DNA of 50,708 bases, counting the filler, from Porpidia crustulata (Eukaryota): NCBI GenBank assembly GCA_964255105.1. It is 3 parts of 3 records of this genome, joined end to end, with 100 filler letters (N's around TTAATTAATTAA, not from the genome) between each part and the next. Parts side by side here need not be neighbours in the genome. Positions count along the whole stretch, not along the records: positions 16,994 to 33,804 come from CAXUWE010000242.1; positions 33,905 to 50,708 come from CAXUWE010000243.1; 1 more part is not named here. One strand, 5' to 3'. The position numbers and the translations under genes are program-made. Every line of letters begins with the position of its first letter. The stretch's first letter is position 1. The notes beneath the pieces were generated by a model. It saw nothing but the letters and a program-made list of their open reading frames with translations. It was not told the origin of the DNA and searched no databases. Shown one piece after another: positions 29,202 to 39,817 of the stretch.

Positions 29202-32114
29202 ATGCAGGCCCCAACGGACATACACATGGTGCTTGGTCTTGAGCAGGCAGCCTCCGTGCAGAGTGAGCTTGGGGGTAACTTCCCTCTGGATGATGCTGTA
29301 CTCGAGGGTTTGTTAGTCAATAACAGAGCCTCATATGGTATTGACAAGCTATGTAGTATTGCCTTCAGGGACGAGAGTCATCTCGGCTGACAGCTTTGGA
29401 GCCTCTGCTTGGTCCACCACTGCACGCATCGATGCAGTCACAGAGCAAGGTGCGCCGGTTGGGTTTTTCCTCAAGGTGCGACCAGGCAGCTTCCCAAGCC
29501 TTTGCAAGAGGCGAGCTATAGACTGCGTTGACTGATGTCAATGTCGTGCAGTGCTTAGCGACAGAAGAGGGTCGAGCCCAACTCGAGGGCGAATACCATG
29601 CGATGTGCGAGCTACGAAGAACGGTTTCTCATTTGGTACCGTCGCCAATAGCGTGGGGACGGTTCCGCCTCGCTAGCCCGCCAACATACTTTTTCCTCAT
29701 AGAGTTCGTCAACGTTAGCAACAAGCTCCCTGACCCTGTTCAGCTTGGCCTTCGCCTCGCGGAACTACATCATAAGAGCGTCTCTCCAACCGGCAAATTT
29801 GGTTTCCACATCACAACCTACGATGGCAATCTTCCACACAATGTTGAATGGAACGACAGCTGGCCCGATTTTTTCACCAAGCTCCTACAAAGTGCTTACG
29901 AACATGACAAAAAGGCTAATGGGCTCTGGGAGGAGCTGGAAACGTTATTCACACAGGTCATCGATACCGTGATACCCCGATTGCTCCGGGCCTTGGAAGC
30001 AGATGGAAGGAAAATAAAACCGTGTCTGATTCATGGCGACCTTTGGGAAGGAAACTTGGGCACTGAGTACAACACGGGAAAGATCTACATCTTCGACTCA
30101 TGTGCCTATTATGCTCATAATGAAATGGAGCTAGGTCCCTTAGCCGTGGATCACCATCGTCTCCGAGCCAAGGTCTACAAAAGAGAATACCTGCGTCACT
30201 TTGAAGCCAGTGAGCCGGTCAATGAGTGGGATGATCGCATACGTTTGTATAGTCTGAAAGAGCTCTTCATTAATGCTGCCCTTTTTCCAGGTTCGCAGGT
30301 CAGGGCTAGGTTAATTTTTACCAACATACAATCGGAAGACAACGCAAGCTTACATGTAATCTAGGGCCTACGAAACCCTCAATTACTTGGTCTGCAAATT
30401 CCCTAATCCACATACCGTCGATTTACAGAAATCGCCTGCATGGGATGTCAAGTCGGTTAGTAGTGCTACCGTCGAGCTCTTCACACAGGAACATGGATAC
30501 CAACAATCAGATCTTGAGCCCCTAGATCTCGATGCTCAGGCCGATGAGAAGTCATTGAACAAGGGAAACGGCCAGCCTTTTCAGGAAGCGCCGCGCTTGA
30601 ACAACGACAACACCCCACTACTCTGTTCACAGCAGACGGGAGCAGGGTATGGCATTTCCAAGGAAGACATTGCAAAACACGCTACCGACGATGGTGACCC
30701 GGCTCATATTGCTGAAACCATCCAGAGCCTTGATATAGTGGCGGATGACCCTTGCATAGAAGCCGTCGCCGTCCAAGAGGCTGAAATGAATGTTCTTTCC
30801 ATGACCTTTGGCACTGCTGATTGGGAAGAGTCTGCCTTGAAGCTTGTTCACAGTGTCAGTCCAGCCTGGGAGTCGAATCCAGGCAGAGTGGAAGTCGTTC
30901 GATTCACAGACGGCATCATGAATACCGTTCGTCGTTTCCACATTACTCTGGCTTTTCTTAATGTGGCTGACTAACATCCATAGCTCCTGAAATTGACCAA
31001 AAAGGTCCCCGGACGACCTGACAGCATAAACGAGGAAGAAGCCGTACTGTTGAGGGCCTATGGCAAGGATTCAGACATCCTTGTTGACCGGGACATGGAA
31101 GCAGTAACACACGCATTGCTTGCAGCGCGGGGACTTGCGGCACCACTCCTTGCTCGCTTCCACAATGGACTGCTATACGGGTACACGCCGGGTCGTGTCT
31201 GCAGTCCCCAGGATCTTCAAAAAGAGATGGTATGGCGTGCTGTTGCAGCCCGGCTAGGTGAGTGGCATGCTCGTCTTCCTCTGCCACTACTCGATGTCGT
31301 GGAATCACAACATGAGCTTGCTGCAACCAACGCTTCGGATGATCAAGGTATTATCGGTCGCTCTCAATCTGCAAATATATGGAGCGTGATTCGGAAATGG
31401 ATATCTGCGCTTCCAACTCGCAATGAGACGGAAGAAACCCAGAAGACGGTCCTCCAGAAAGAAGTGGAAAAGTCTTTTGGAGCATTAAATCATGACAGAG
31501 GCCTTGGACATCGCGGTGTAAGTACCAATCAGACTTAGTTGGTGATCCAGCCTGACTCAATATGTCTGTAGCTCGTGTTGGGACACTGCGACCTCCTCAC
31601 CGCAAATATCATTCTTCCTTTGGAAGGAAACACGCCGTCGCATGAATCTGATGGCGTTACGCAAGCCAAGACTCTCAAAGAAAGAATCCGTTTCATTGAC
31701 TATGAATACGCTGTCCCATGCCCGGCAGCCTTTGACCTTGCCAATCATTTCGCAGAATGGGGTGGCTTTGAATGTGACTATAACTTGTTGCCAACGAAAG
31801 CGGTGCGACGAGCTTTCATCAAGGAGTACGTTGGAAGCTACAGTCAATACGCTTCTCTTCCGAACACAACGTCAGGCTCCGTGGTCGACGATCTGCTTGC
31901 TGATGTCGATCGATATCGCGGAATGCCAGGGCTTTACTGGGGTGTCCAGGCCCTGATACAAGACGTGATCTCTGATATCGATTTTGATTGGGAATCGTAT
32001 GCCGCTGTCCGACTGGCAGAGTACTGGGCCTGGCGAGCAGAAGTAGATGGTTCGCGGATAAACGAAGGGAAGGAGATGCCACTGAGAGAGCAAAGGTGGG
32101 CTCAATCGGACTGA
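29202..32114 (+). CDS. Fusion of a fructosamine-3-kinase-like (FN3K) domain and a choline/ethanolamine kinase domain, ~873 aa, 6 exons
   Basis: Exons 29202-29307, 29357-29475, 29552-30309, 30365-30926, 30984-31517 and 31572-32114 are all GT-AG and phase-compatible (2622 nt). FN3K motifs: GKFGFH, LIHGDLWEGN, YYAHNEMELG. Ethanolamine-kinase motifs: FTDGIMN, LLRAYG, HCDLLTAN, FIDYEYA, FDLANHFAEWGG. Confidence 0.85.
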
Positions 32115-32581
32115 AATCGGCTCTGCAACGATCAATCACGGCTGGGTAATATGTGAATGTGGGCTGTGTTTCCTTGTCATCTTCCTTGGACATGTCTGTT
32201 CTACTTCTCTCCGTTACGACACCTGTATGAGCCTACAGCTCCTGGTGGTTGACGATTATCCAAAGCCTGTAGCAACAAAAGACCAATCAGAAATGCTATC
32301 CCAATCAAGCGAGAGCCTTCGGGTCGTAATTCACACAAGATAAGTAGTATTGCCTGAATGAGGCAATTAGTACGCGACCCCGCTTCTTTGGGCCATCGGA
32401 ATAAAAGACTTTTCATTCTTTCTCATTCTCATTCTCATCCATGATGCATCCATGATGGCTACCTTCTTCTTCTTGGGTCAGATCCTTCGCATGAATTTCT
32501 TCATCCACTCTCCAAGGTCCGACCAGCAGCAAGTAAGATCCCTTGTCATTGCGGGGCCAATCCACATCTTCGCAGCCTCAA

Positions 32582-33804
32582 ATGTCTGTCCCACCAAATG
32601 CTGAGTCGGGGAAACGCTGCATCGTCTATGGCACCTTTGACCTCTTCCACGAGGGCCACAGAAGACTCCTACAGCGTGCACGTGCGCTGGCGTCTCACCT
32701 AACGGTAGCAATCTCCACGGAGAGCTTCGACCTGACCGAAGGCAAGCTCAACATTCGCCAAGGCCTTGTGCAACGTATTCACGCAGTGGAAGCTTCTGGG
32801 TTCGCAGACGAGGTCATAACAGAGGAATATTACGGCCAAAAGTCCCACGACATCCAGAGGCTGAAGATCGATATCTTGGTCGTTGGGAGCGATTGGACCG
32901 GGGTTCACGATTACTTGCGCAAATACTGCGAAGTTGTCTATTTGGATCGTACTGCGGGCATCTCAAGTACTCAATTACGAGGCGAGCTGCGTATAGGAGT
33001 GGTGGGCTGTGGTGGTGCTGCTAAGACATTCGTCCATGAAGCAAGACTCGTGAGCGGAGTACGCGTCGAAGCAGTATTCTCGCCTTCCGAACTACGCTCA
33101 CGAGTTTTTGCAAACGAGCACGGGGCACTCCGTGTCTCGGCTACCTTCGTTGACCTTCTAGCAGCAGTAGACGCAGTGTATGTCGCTTCACCGCACTTAA
33201 CGCACGTGCCCTACACCATTCAGGCTCTGACGGCAGGGAAACACGTCCTCTGCGAGAAACCTCTCTGCTTCACCAAGCGCGAGGCCGAATATTTGTACGC
33301 TCTCGCATCAGAGAAACGCCTCATACTCCTCGAAGGCATCAACACCGCGTACTCCCCCTGCTTCCAAAGGATCGTTTCGGCCGCTGAGAGCGGAAAGATT
33401 GGAAAATTGTACGGGATATTCGCCACTTGCACCGTCCTCACACCGCCGAAAGGCAGAGATTACGACAAGACACAAGGCGGGGGGAGTATTTCCAAGCTCG
33501 CCAGTTATCCCTTGCTCGCTATTATTAGAATTCTTGGCATGAGCGAGATGCAGAGCGTCAAAGTGAAGTCCATCTACGATGCCGAATCAGGCGTCGACAT
33601 CTTCTCCCGCATCGACATCGCCTTCAACGACGCCATCGCTACGGCCACAGTCGGTATCGGCGTACAAGCTGAAAGCGATCTCGTCATAGCGGGGATCAAA
33701 GGACACATCTACGTGCCCGCACCATGGTGGACCGCTGACTCGTTTGAAATGAGATTCGCAGATCCGGCGCGGTGTGAGAAGGTGCAGGTGGAGGCGGGGG
33801 GAGC
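32582..33804 (+). CDS. TagD-like (glycerol-3-phosphate-type) cytidylyltransferase fused to a Gfo/Idh/MocA oxidoreductase; intronless, 3'-truncated
   Basis: N-terminal domain YGTFDLFHEGH (HxGH), VGSDW and RTAGISST. Then a Rossmann motif IGVVGCGGAA, DAVYVASPHLTH and GKHVLCEKP. The frame is uninterrupted up to the contig end. Confidence 0.9.
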
Positions 33805-33904
33805 NNNNNNNNNNNNNNNNNNNNNNNNNNNNNNNNNNNNNNNNNNNNTTAATTAATTAANNNNNNNNNNNNNNNNNNNNNNNNNNNNNNNNNNNNNNNN
33901 NNNN
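33805..33904. other. Artificial contig spacer N44-TTAATTAATTAA-N44
   Basis: Identical to the first spacer. Confidence 0.98.
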
Positions 33905-34351
33905 GTTTATTAGAGGTTTTTGGGTTTTGGATGGTTTGGGTGTTTGTTTGTGGGTGAGCAGAGGGAACGGGGGGGGGAGGAGAAAGTGGTCTTGGTTGCG
34001 CGCTCGTGTTGATGCAATTTATTCAGATGGCATGGTTTTTACGTTGGAGAAACAATTCGTTATGCTGGATGCTATGTATCGTAATGCCTCCCGTAAGTAT
34101 GCCGTGGTCATGATGCCGTATCTACACCTCAGTCGCCGTTCCCCTTGCACTGTCCTTTGTGCTTGCCGTGGTTTTCCGGATCCGGATCCGGATCCGAAGG
34201 GCAGCCTAGCAGACAGAATAAGTGTTCAGAAAATGCCCGAAGAAAATTCAAATGGTCGGGTCAGGTCAAGAGAAGAAGTGGGAAATGAAGTGGTTTTTAC
34301 TTTGGGCATGCTCCTTCCACCGGACAGGCCCGGCACATTCGTCTTCTCCGT

Positions 34352-35960
34352 TTACGCGACGGCTTGTTTCGTACCTTGAGAGAGAGGGAAGAATTGGTCG
34401 AAGCGTCCGGCCGGGTCGTATCGCTGCTTGATCTTTTGCAGGCGCGCGACGTTCTGGCCGTACACGGTTGCGAGTGGTTCGTCTCCGAATGCGAAGTTGA
34501 TGTAGCTATGGAAACGCGTCAGTAATTTAGTTACATCTTGGTTTGCAGGATCCGAGAAAGACAGGCTAGAATATAATCTGAGACTTACGTGCTATTTGCG
34601 GCCACATTGTCGGTACCTCTCCACAAGTCGCGAACCCTGGAACCAAACGCCTCTGCGACTGGATCCAGAGTCGCGTCCGAGTACCATGGGATGACCAAAG
34701 CGTTGAACTTGACGGTGTGGCGGAATGCGTACGACGAAGACGAATCCGGTAGCATTTGCGCCTTTGTTAATGAGTAGTATTCCATCAAAACGGCCGACAT
34801 CTGGGTGCCGGGGTTTTTGAGGAAATTGACATATTCGTTATACACGGCGCGCCAGGTCGCGGGGTCCATTTGGTTTAGACCGGCTCCGTAAGAGGGCTTG
34901 CGCATGCCTTTGACGCAAAACGAATCGCTACCGTCGTTCAGATGGTCGTAGGTGACAAATGAGCTGGTATCCACAATCGGGCCAACGGCGTAGATTGAGG
35001 CAAACGCGGCTTTGTACTGGTCCACGGTTCCTCCGGCGTAGAAAGGAATTGCAACGACAGCAGGTTGGCCTTGGTTGGCAAAGTACAGGAATATAGCCAT
35101 GGGAGGTTCAAGAACCAGATTATTAATTGCTTTAACCAGGTCCTCGATCTTATCGTTAGTAAAGACCAGACTGCCAGTGTAAGCGCCGCTTGAACCAATC
35201 GGAACTTTGTAGGACTTCATGGTGGCTGAGGTGACAATGCCAAAGTTGGGACCTGCACCTCTGAGCGCCCACCAGAGGTCGGTTTGAGAGGCGTCTACTT
35301 TGCTGAGCTTGCCATCGGCGGTAACGAGGTTGACGGAGAGCAAATTATCAACACCCATGCCGTAGAGACCCATGAGGCGACCAAACCCACCACCTAATAG
35401 CGCACCAAGAGTCCCGACGCAGTTACAGTTGCCGGTAGGGACTTGGACGCCGTTTGCGTAGGCCGCTGTAACAACGTCGGAGATTAGCGCTCCTCCTCCG
35501 TAGGTGACTTCAAGTTTGTCGGCGCTGAAAGTCACGGTGCTCAGGAGTCGCAAGTTGATGACTAAATCTCCCGCGCCAATGTTGAATGTGATAACCCAGG
35601 AATGGCCGCCGTTCTGCGCGAGAAATTTGATGTTATTTTTCACGCAGTATTGTACCTTGAAGTGATTAGCACTGCGGTATGTGAACATGGGACGTAGATA
35701 AATCCTACAGTAATAGCAACGTCGCTTTCTGTAGCGACATTGACCACCGTGCTAGGGTTGGGCGCGTCAAGTTCACTCCATCGCGGATTGTTGACCGATG
35801 TATGTACAACTGACGCCTTTGACGACAGCAGCTTCGGGAGTTCTTTGTCGATTTTGCATGACTGATCACAGCTAGCAGTAGCTGGGGCAGTCTGTGGCAG
35901 CGCACTGGCAAGAACCAGAGGCAACAGTGCAGGAAAAAACCAAAGGCTTAAGAAGAACAT
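34352..35960 (-). CDS. Secreted FAD-linked oxidoreductase (FAD_binding_4 + BBE, VAO superfamily), 3 exons
   Basis: Signal-peptide-like MFFLSLWFFPALLPLVLASALP, NGGHS (covalent-FAD His), GNCNCVG, DLWWALRGAGPNFGIVT, and last exon YINFAFGDE...RLQKIKQRYDP. TAA at 34352-34354. Confidence 0.9.
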
Positions 35961-37482
35961 GTTTGCTGTACAATTAATTCCACGTGGGGAGAGCAAGGTA
36001 ATATATACAAGGGAGCGTCACCCAGCCGGGCCAGCCACACAGTCAGTGCTATCCGGCGCTTTTTCCTCCCCTAAGGTCCCTAGGGGTCGCCGGTAGTGAA
36101 TGGTGTCAATCACTCTGCATTCACTAATACCCATTAGCCGAGCAGCCGACCTCCAGTAGCTGCTCATTCCAAAATGGGGCGGATATTGGTCTATCATTGC
36201 GCCAAAAAGGTCCAGATTGAATTGATTGACCGTTTGTTTAGTCTTGTTGCCTCTTCGTCATCATGGTAATTCCCGTCAATAGAGTATTGTTGATGAACAG
36301 AGCATGGTCTGATCAAGCAGATCTTGGTCAATGTGCTGATAGTGCAGCTCAAACTGGTTCTGGTCGGAAACAACATACTTGGATATCTCGCTCACAGACC
36401 GAGGTTGACCGCTGTATGTCAGAGTCGTTGGCGCTAGCCCCCAATCAATTCTAATTATACGAACTCTTCCAAGTACCGCGCTGACCAGTAGCATTAACAT
36501 GAGACACAACCTGAGAGGATGCGGAAATACAGGATACGGCGGTATTCTCGAGGCACAGGTTGGCAAAGGTGATTTTAGGGGAATATCGCGGGGGCCGCGG
36601 TAGGAGGCAATCTAGGTAAGCGAACAGGCTATTACTAACAGCTATCTAGGGGCCTTAATCGTACCAACCACCACAAAAGATGTCCACGAGGTCGTTGTCA
36701 GGGACGCCAGATCTCCCCGCATGGAGGCGCAACAAAAACGTGTTCAAGGTCAGCATTCGTCTTGGCAAGAGTCCCATTCGCCCAAGTCTACGGCCGAGCT
36801 GATCACCTACTCACCTTGAACGCACCTACAAGCCACGAGATCGAGATTGCCCGTGGAAAGGATAGCCCGACGAATAGTGCTTTGGATATTCTCTGGGAAA
36901 ACACATCGGTGATCATAATGCGCGAAAACGAATGTGTTTCGCGTCCCCAATTTTCCCCTTTGCGATTTCTCACCTCATGATTGAGAGCTTGTTCGACTTG
37001 AAACCATTGAAACATGCGACGTCGGACTGGCTTACAAGGCAAGGCGGTCAGCGGTATCGAAAGTAACAAGAGTGCCAATTGCGTTAACAAAGGTGGAGAA
37101 GGACGACCAAGGTACAACAGCTATTGAAGCTGTTCGGGGATGCTTCCCAAATGATATTCGCGCGGAGACGACCTGTGCTTCATTGGAGTGTCTGCCGAGG
37201 AAGGATTCAACCGGCGGCAGAGAAGCGCAAAAGGCAGCAGTGACTTTACAAGAAAACCGAGTACTATCTAAAGATAGTGAATACAAGGGCGTATTTGTCT
37301 GTCTTTGCAGAGGTGTAAGCCTGTATCGGAATTCTGCCGATGTTTCTAGATCTACAGAGATGTTCTTAGATATCTCAACATTAGTCGCAGCTCGCTCAGG
37401 CGTCGGCGTGCTTCCTCAAATATGTCTCTATGCGACTCGCCTATCTGAATAAAAGCATTGCGTGAGATGATGCATCTAACGT

Positions 37483-38874
37483 TCAAGTATGGCCGTTTGT
37501 GCTCGGGGCTTCCCCTTCCCAGGAGAATACTACAATTGATAGCTCAGAAGCAGGGGGTTTCTTAATACTGACGAGCTTGAACCTAGGATCAGCATCATGG
37601 AATAGTTGTTTCCAATCTTTCGAGGTTCTCTCTTTGGCGTTCAAAAGCTCTTTCATCCCAAGGTCCAGATTGCTGGCAAATAATCTGTAAGCGTGTGAAT
37701 ATATGGGGTAGGCGATCAACGTACCGAGCCTGTTTCTCTTGATACGGGGTCATTTCACCTGGTTCCGGAAGACAGAACTCGTTCACTATTACTTTCGCGC
37801 CGTGTTTCAAGGCTGGTATTATGCTTTTCACAATTTTGAGCGCGTATTTGTCAGACCAGTCATGTAGTACCCATCGAAACAGGTAGATATCCGCGCCATG
37901 GACCGGTTGCTCGGTGAAGAAATCGTGGCCTCTGAATTCAAATCGACTGGCCATACCCTCTGGAACCTTAGCGGTCTTCACGACCTCGGGAAGGTCCTCA
38001 ACGATGCAGCGGATATTGGGGAAATTTTCCGCTATCGCTTGGCTGACAGTACCGTGAGATCCCCCCACATCAACCAATAAGCCATTGCCGACGCCTGCCC
38101 AATCATAGTTATCCACAATGTGAGAATGCTCAAATCCAGGTTTCATATGAAACAGCGTTATAGAATCTGCAAATCGCTTAGCGCGATATGGATCCTTACC
38201 AAGAGAAACGAAGAATGGGTCATCCGTGTTGTTCGCATACGAGAATCCAGTCTGTGAGGGCTCCTCCGAGCCGGGCCATTTTACCATCGCATCAATGGTA
38301 CGTGACGCGGCTGGCCAAAGTTCCTCACATAGCTGGCCGAGGCATGCTCTCAACATGGGAATTTCAGCAAGTGCTTTGGACGCCGGGGTATGGGCTACAA
38401 CGCCCTTCCGCGGTTCTTTGAAGATACGATCAGTCATAGCAAAATGAAGCAATCGGCGGAGATCGTCTTCATTTTGCCCACAGCGCTCTGCTATCTCAGG
38501 AAATGTTGTTTCTCCACCGACAGGGAAGCTGGATGCAATGTTGAATCGATAAATAGCTTGTACCCCTAGCAAACCATTGTGCTGCAAAAGTATCAGTATT
38601 GCGCCAGACCTCTGGCCGTATCTCATACCGCATCAGTAGCTTTATTTATCAACGATGGTATTGGTCCGAGGGCCAAAGCCTTAAGCTCGTCCATTGCTTC
38701 GAGGAGAGCATTCTGAGATGATTGGGCAGCATGCGTGAGCAGAGAAATCTGTGGAGGTGTATCGAGATCCCATGAGGGGGCTTTGAGGCCTTGAGACAGT
38801 AGATGTTCTTCGATGTTGGCAGTCTCAATCTGGATCTTTGACGCTAGTTCCGCCATCCTACTTATGGGAGCCAT
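37483..38874 (-). CDS. SAM-dependent O-methyltransferase (fungal secondary-metabolite, Methyltransf_2 type), 3 exons
   Basis: ATG at 38874 (MAPISRMAELA). Motifs LVDVGGSHG, HDFFTEQPV, RWVLHDWSD and NAKERT. Confidence 0.92.
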
Positions 38875-39817
38875 TCCCAATATCTTCCTGGCCGCTTGCC
38901 AAATTCCCTTGGGAATGAAGCAAATTCCAGACAAGAAGAGAGTTCTTCTACAGGCGCGAGTTACGATCGTTGCCAAAGACACACGAGATCTGGGCGTTGA
39001 TGTCCATGCCTGCGTGTCAGTGCAGAGACCTAGACAAGAGCCAAGAAGCTTATGGTGTATTGTATGTATAGCTATACAATCGATTACTTGTTCGAGAAGC
39101 TAGCTGTAAGCTGTAATCAAGTATTGTAGGACGCTCTTCTAGCTTGTATACTTCTTGGCTGCGTAGTTACAAATGGGTCCAAGAGTGTAGGAACAGAATA
39201 ATAGTACTAATGATTTTGTGGAGGCAGTGCTTGTTGCGTTGACTAGGGTAGCTTTTAGGTACCTTAGTGCGCTGATAAATCTATACTAAAGGGGACCTTG
39301 GGGCGCTCTGAATGACTGGCAGAGGATGACTTACATTGGAGAAGCGGCACAGTCAAAGCTTGTTGCAGGAATGATCAACTTTTAGCTGTGGTCAGCAAGA
39401 ATCCTGCTGGAGGATACATAAGCGGTACAACAACAGGCAGCTGACATCAGGAGGGAGGGTAAGAGTAAACATGAATTACAAAAATACTTCGTCTATTATG
39501 GTATACTCAATACTCTAGCTTACTATCGAACGACATGCGGAAATCAAGCAACGAGTGGGATTATTCTATTATCATATCATAGTCCATAATTGCGAATCAT
39601 GGTTGTTGGGTCTTCCATGAGAACTTTCCGACATTTCCAGATTCATATTATCTATCAGATAGATTCAGGTCTTGATGGTCGGTGTTGTTTCTTTTCTGAA
39701 GGAAAAGAAAAGAAGCACCCAAGAAGAACCCTCGGGGTTACGCTATCTCATTTTAGAAGAAGCGATATGGTCCTGTCACGAATGATATCGGACTTTCACT
39801 GGGCCATCTACCTCTAG

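Noticed and set aside
34175..34196. (TCCGGA)n palindromic microsatellite
   Set aside because: Short simple repeat downstream of a gene with no supporting structure.
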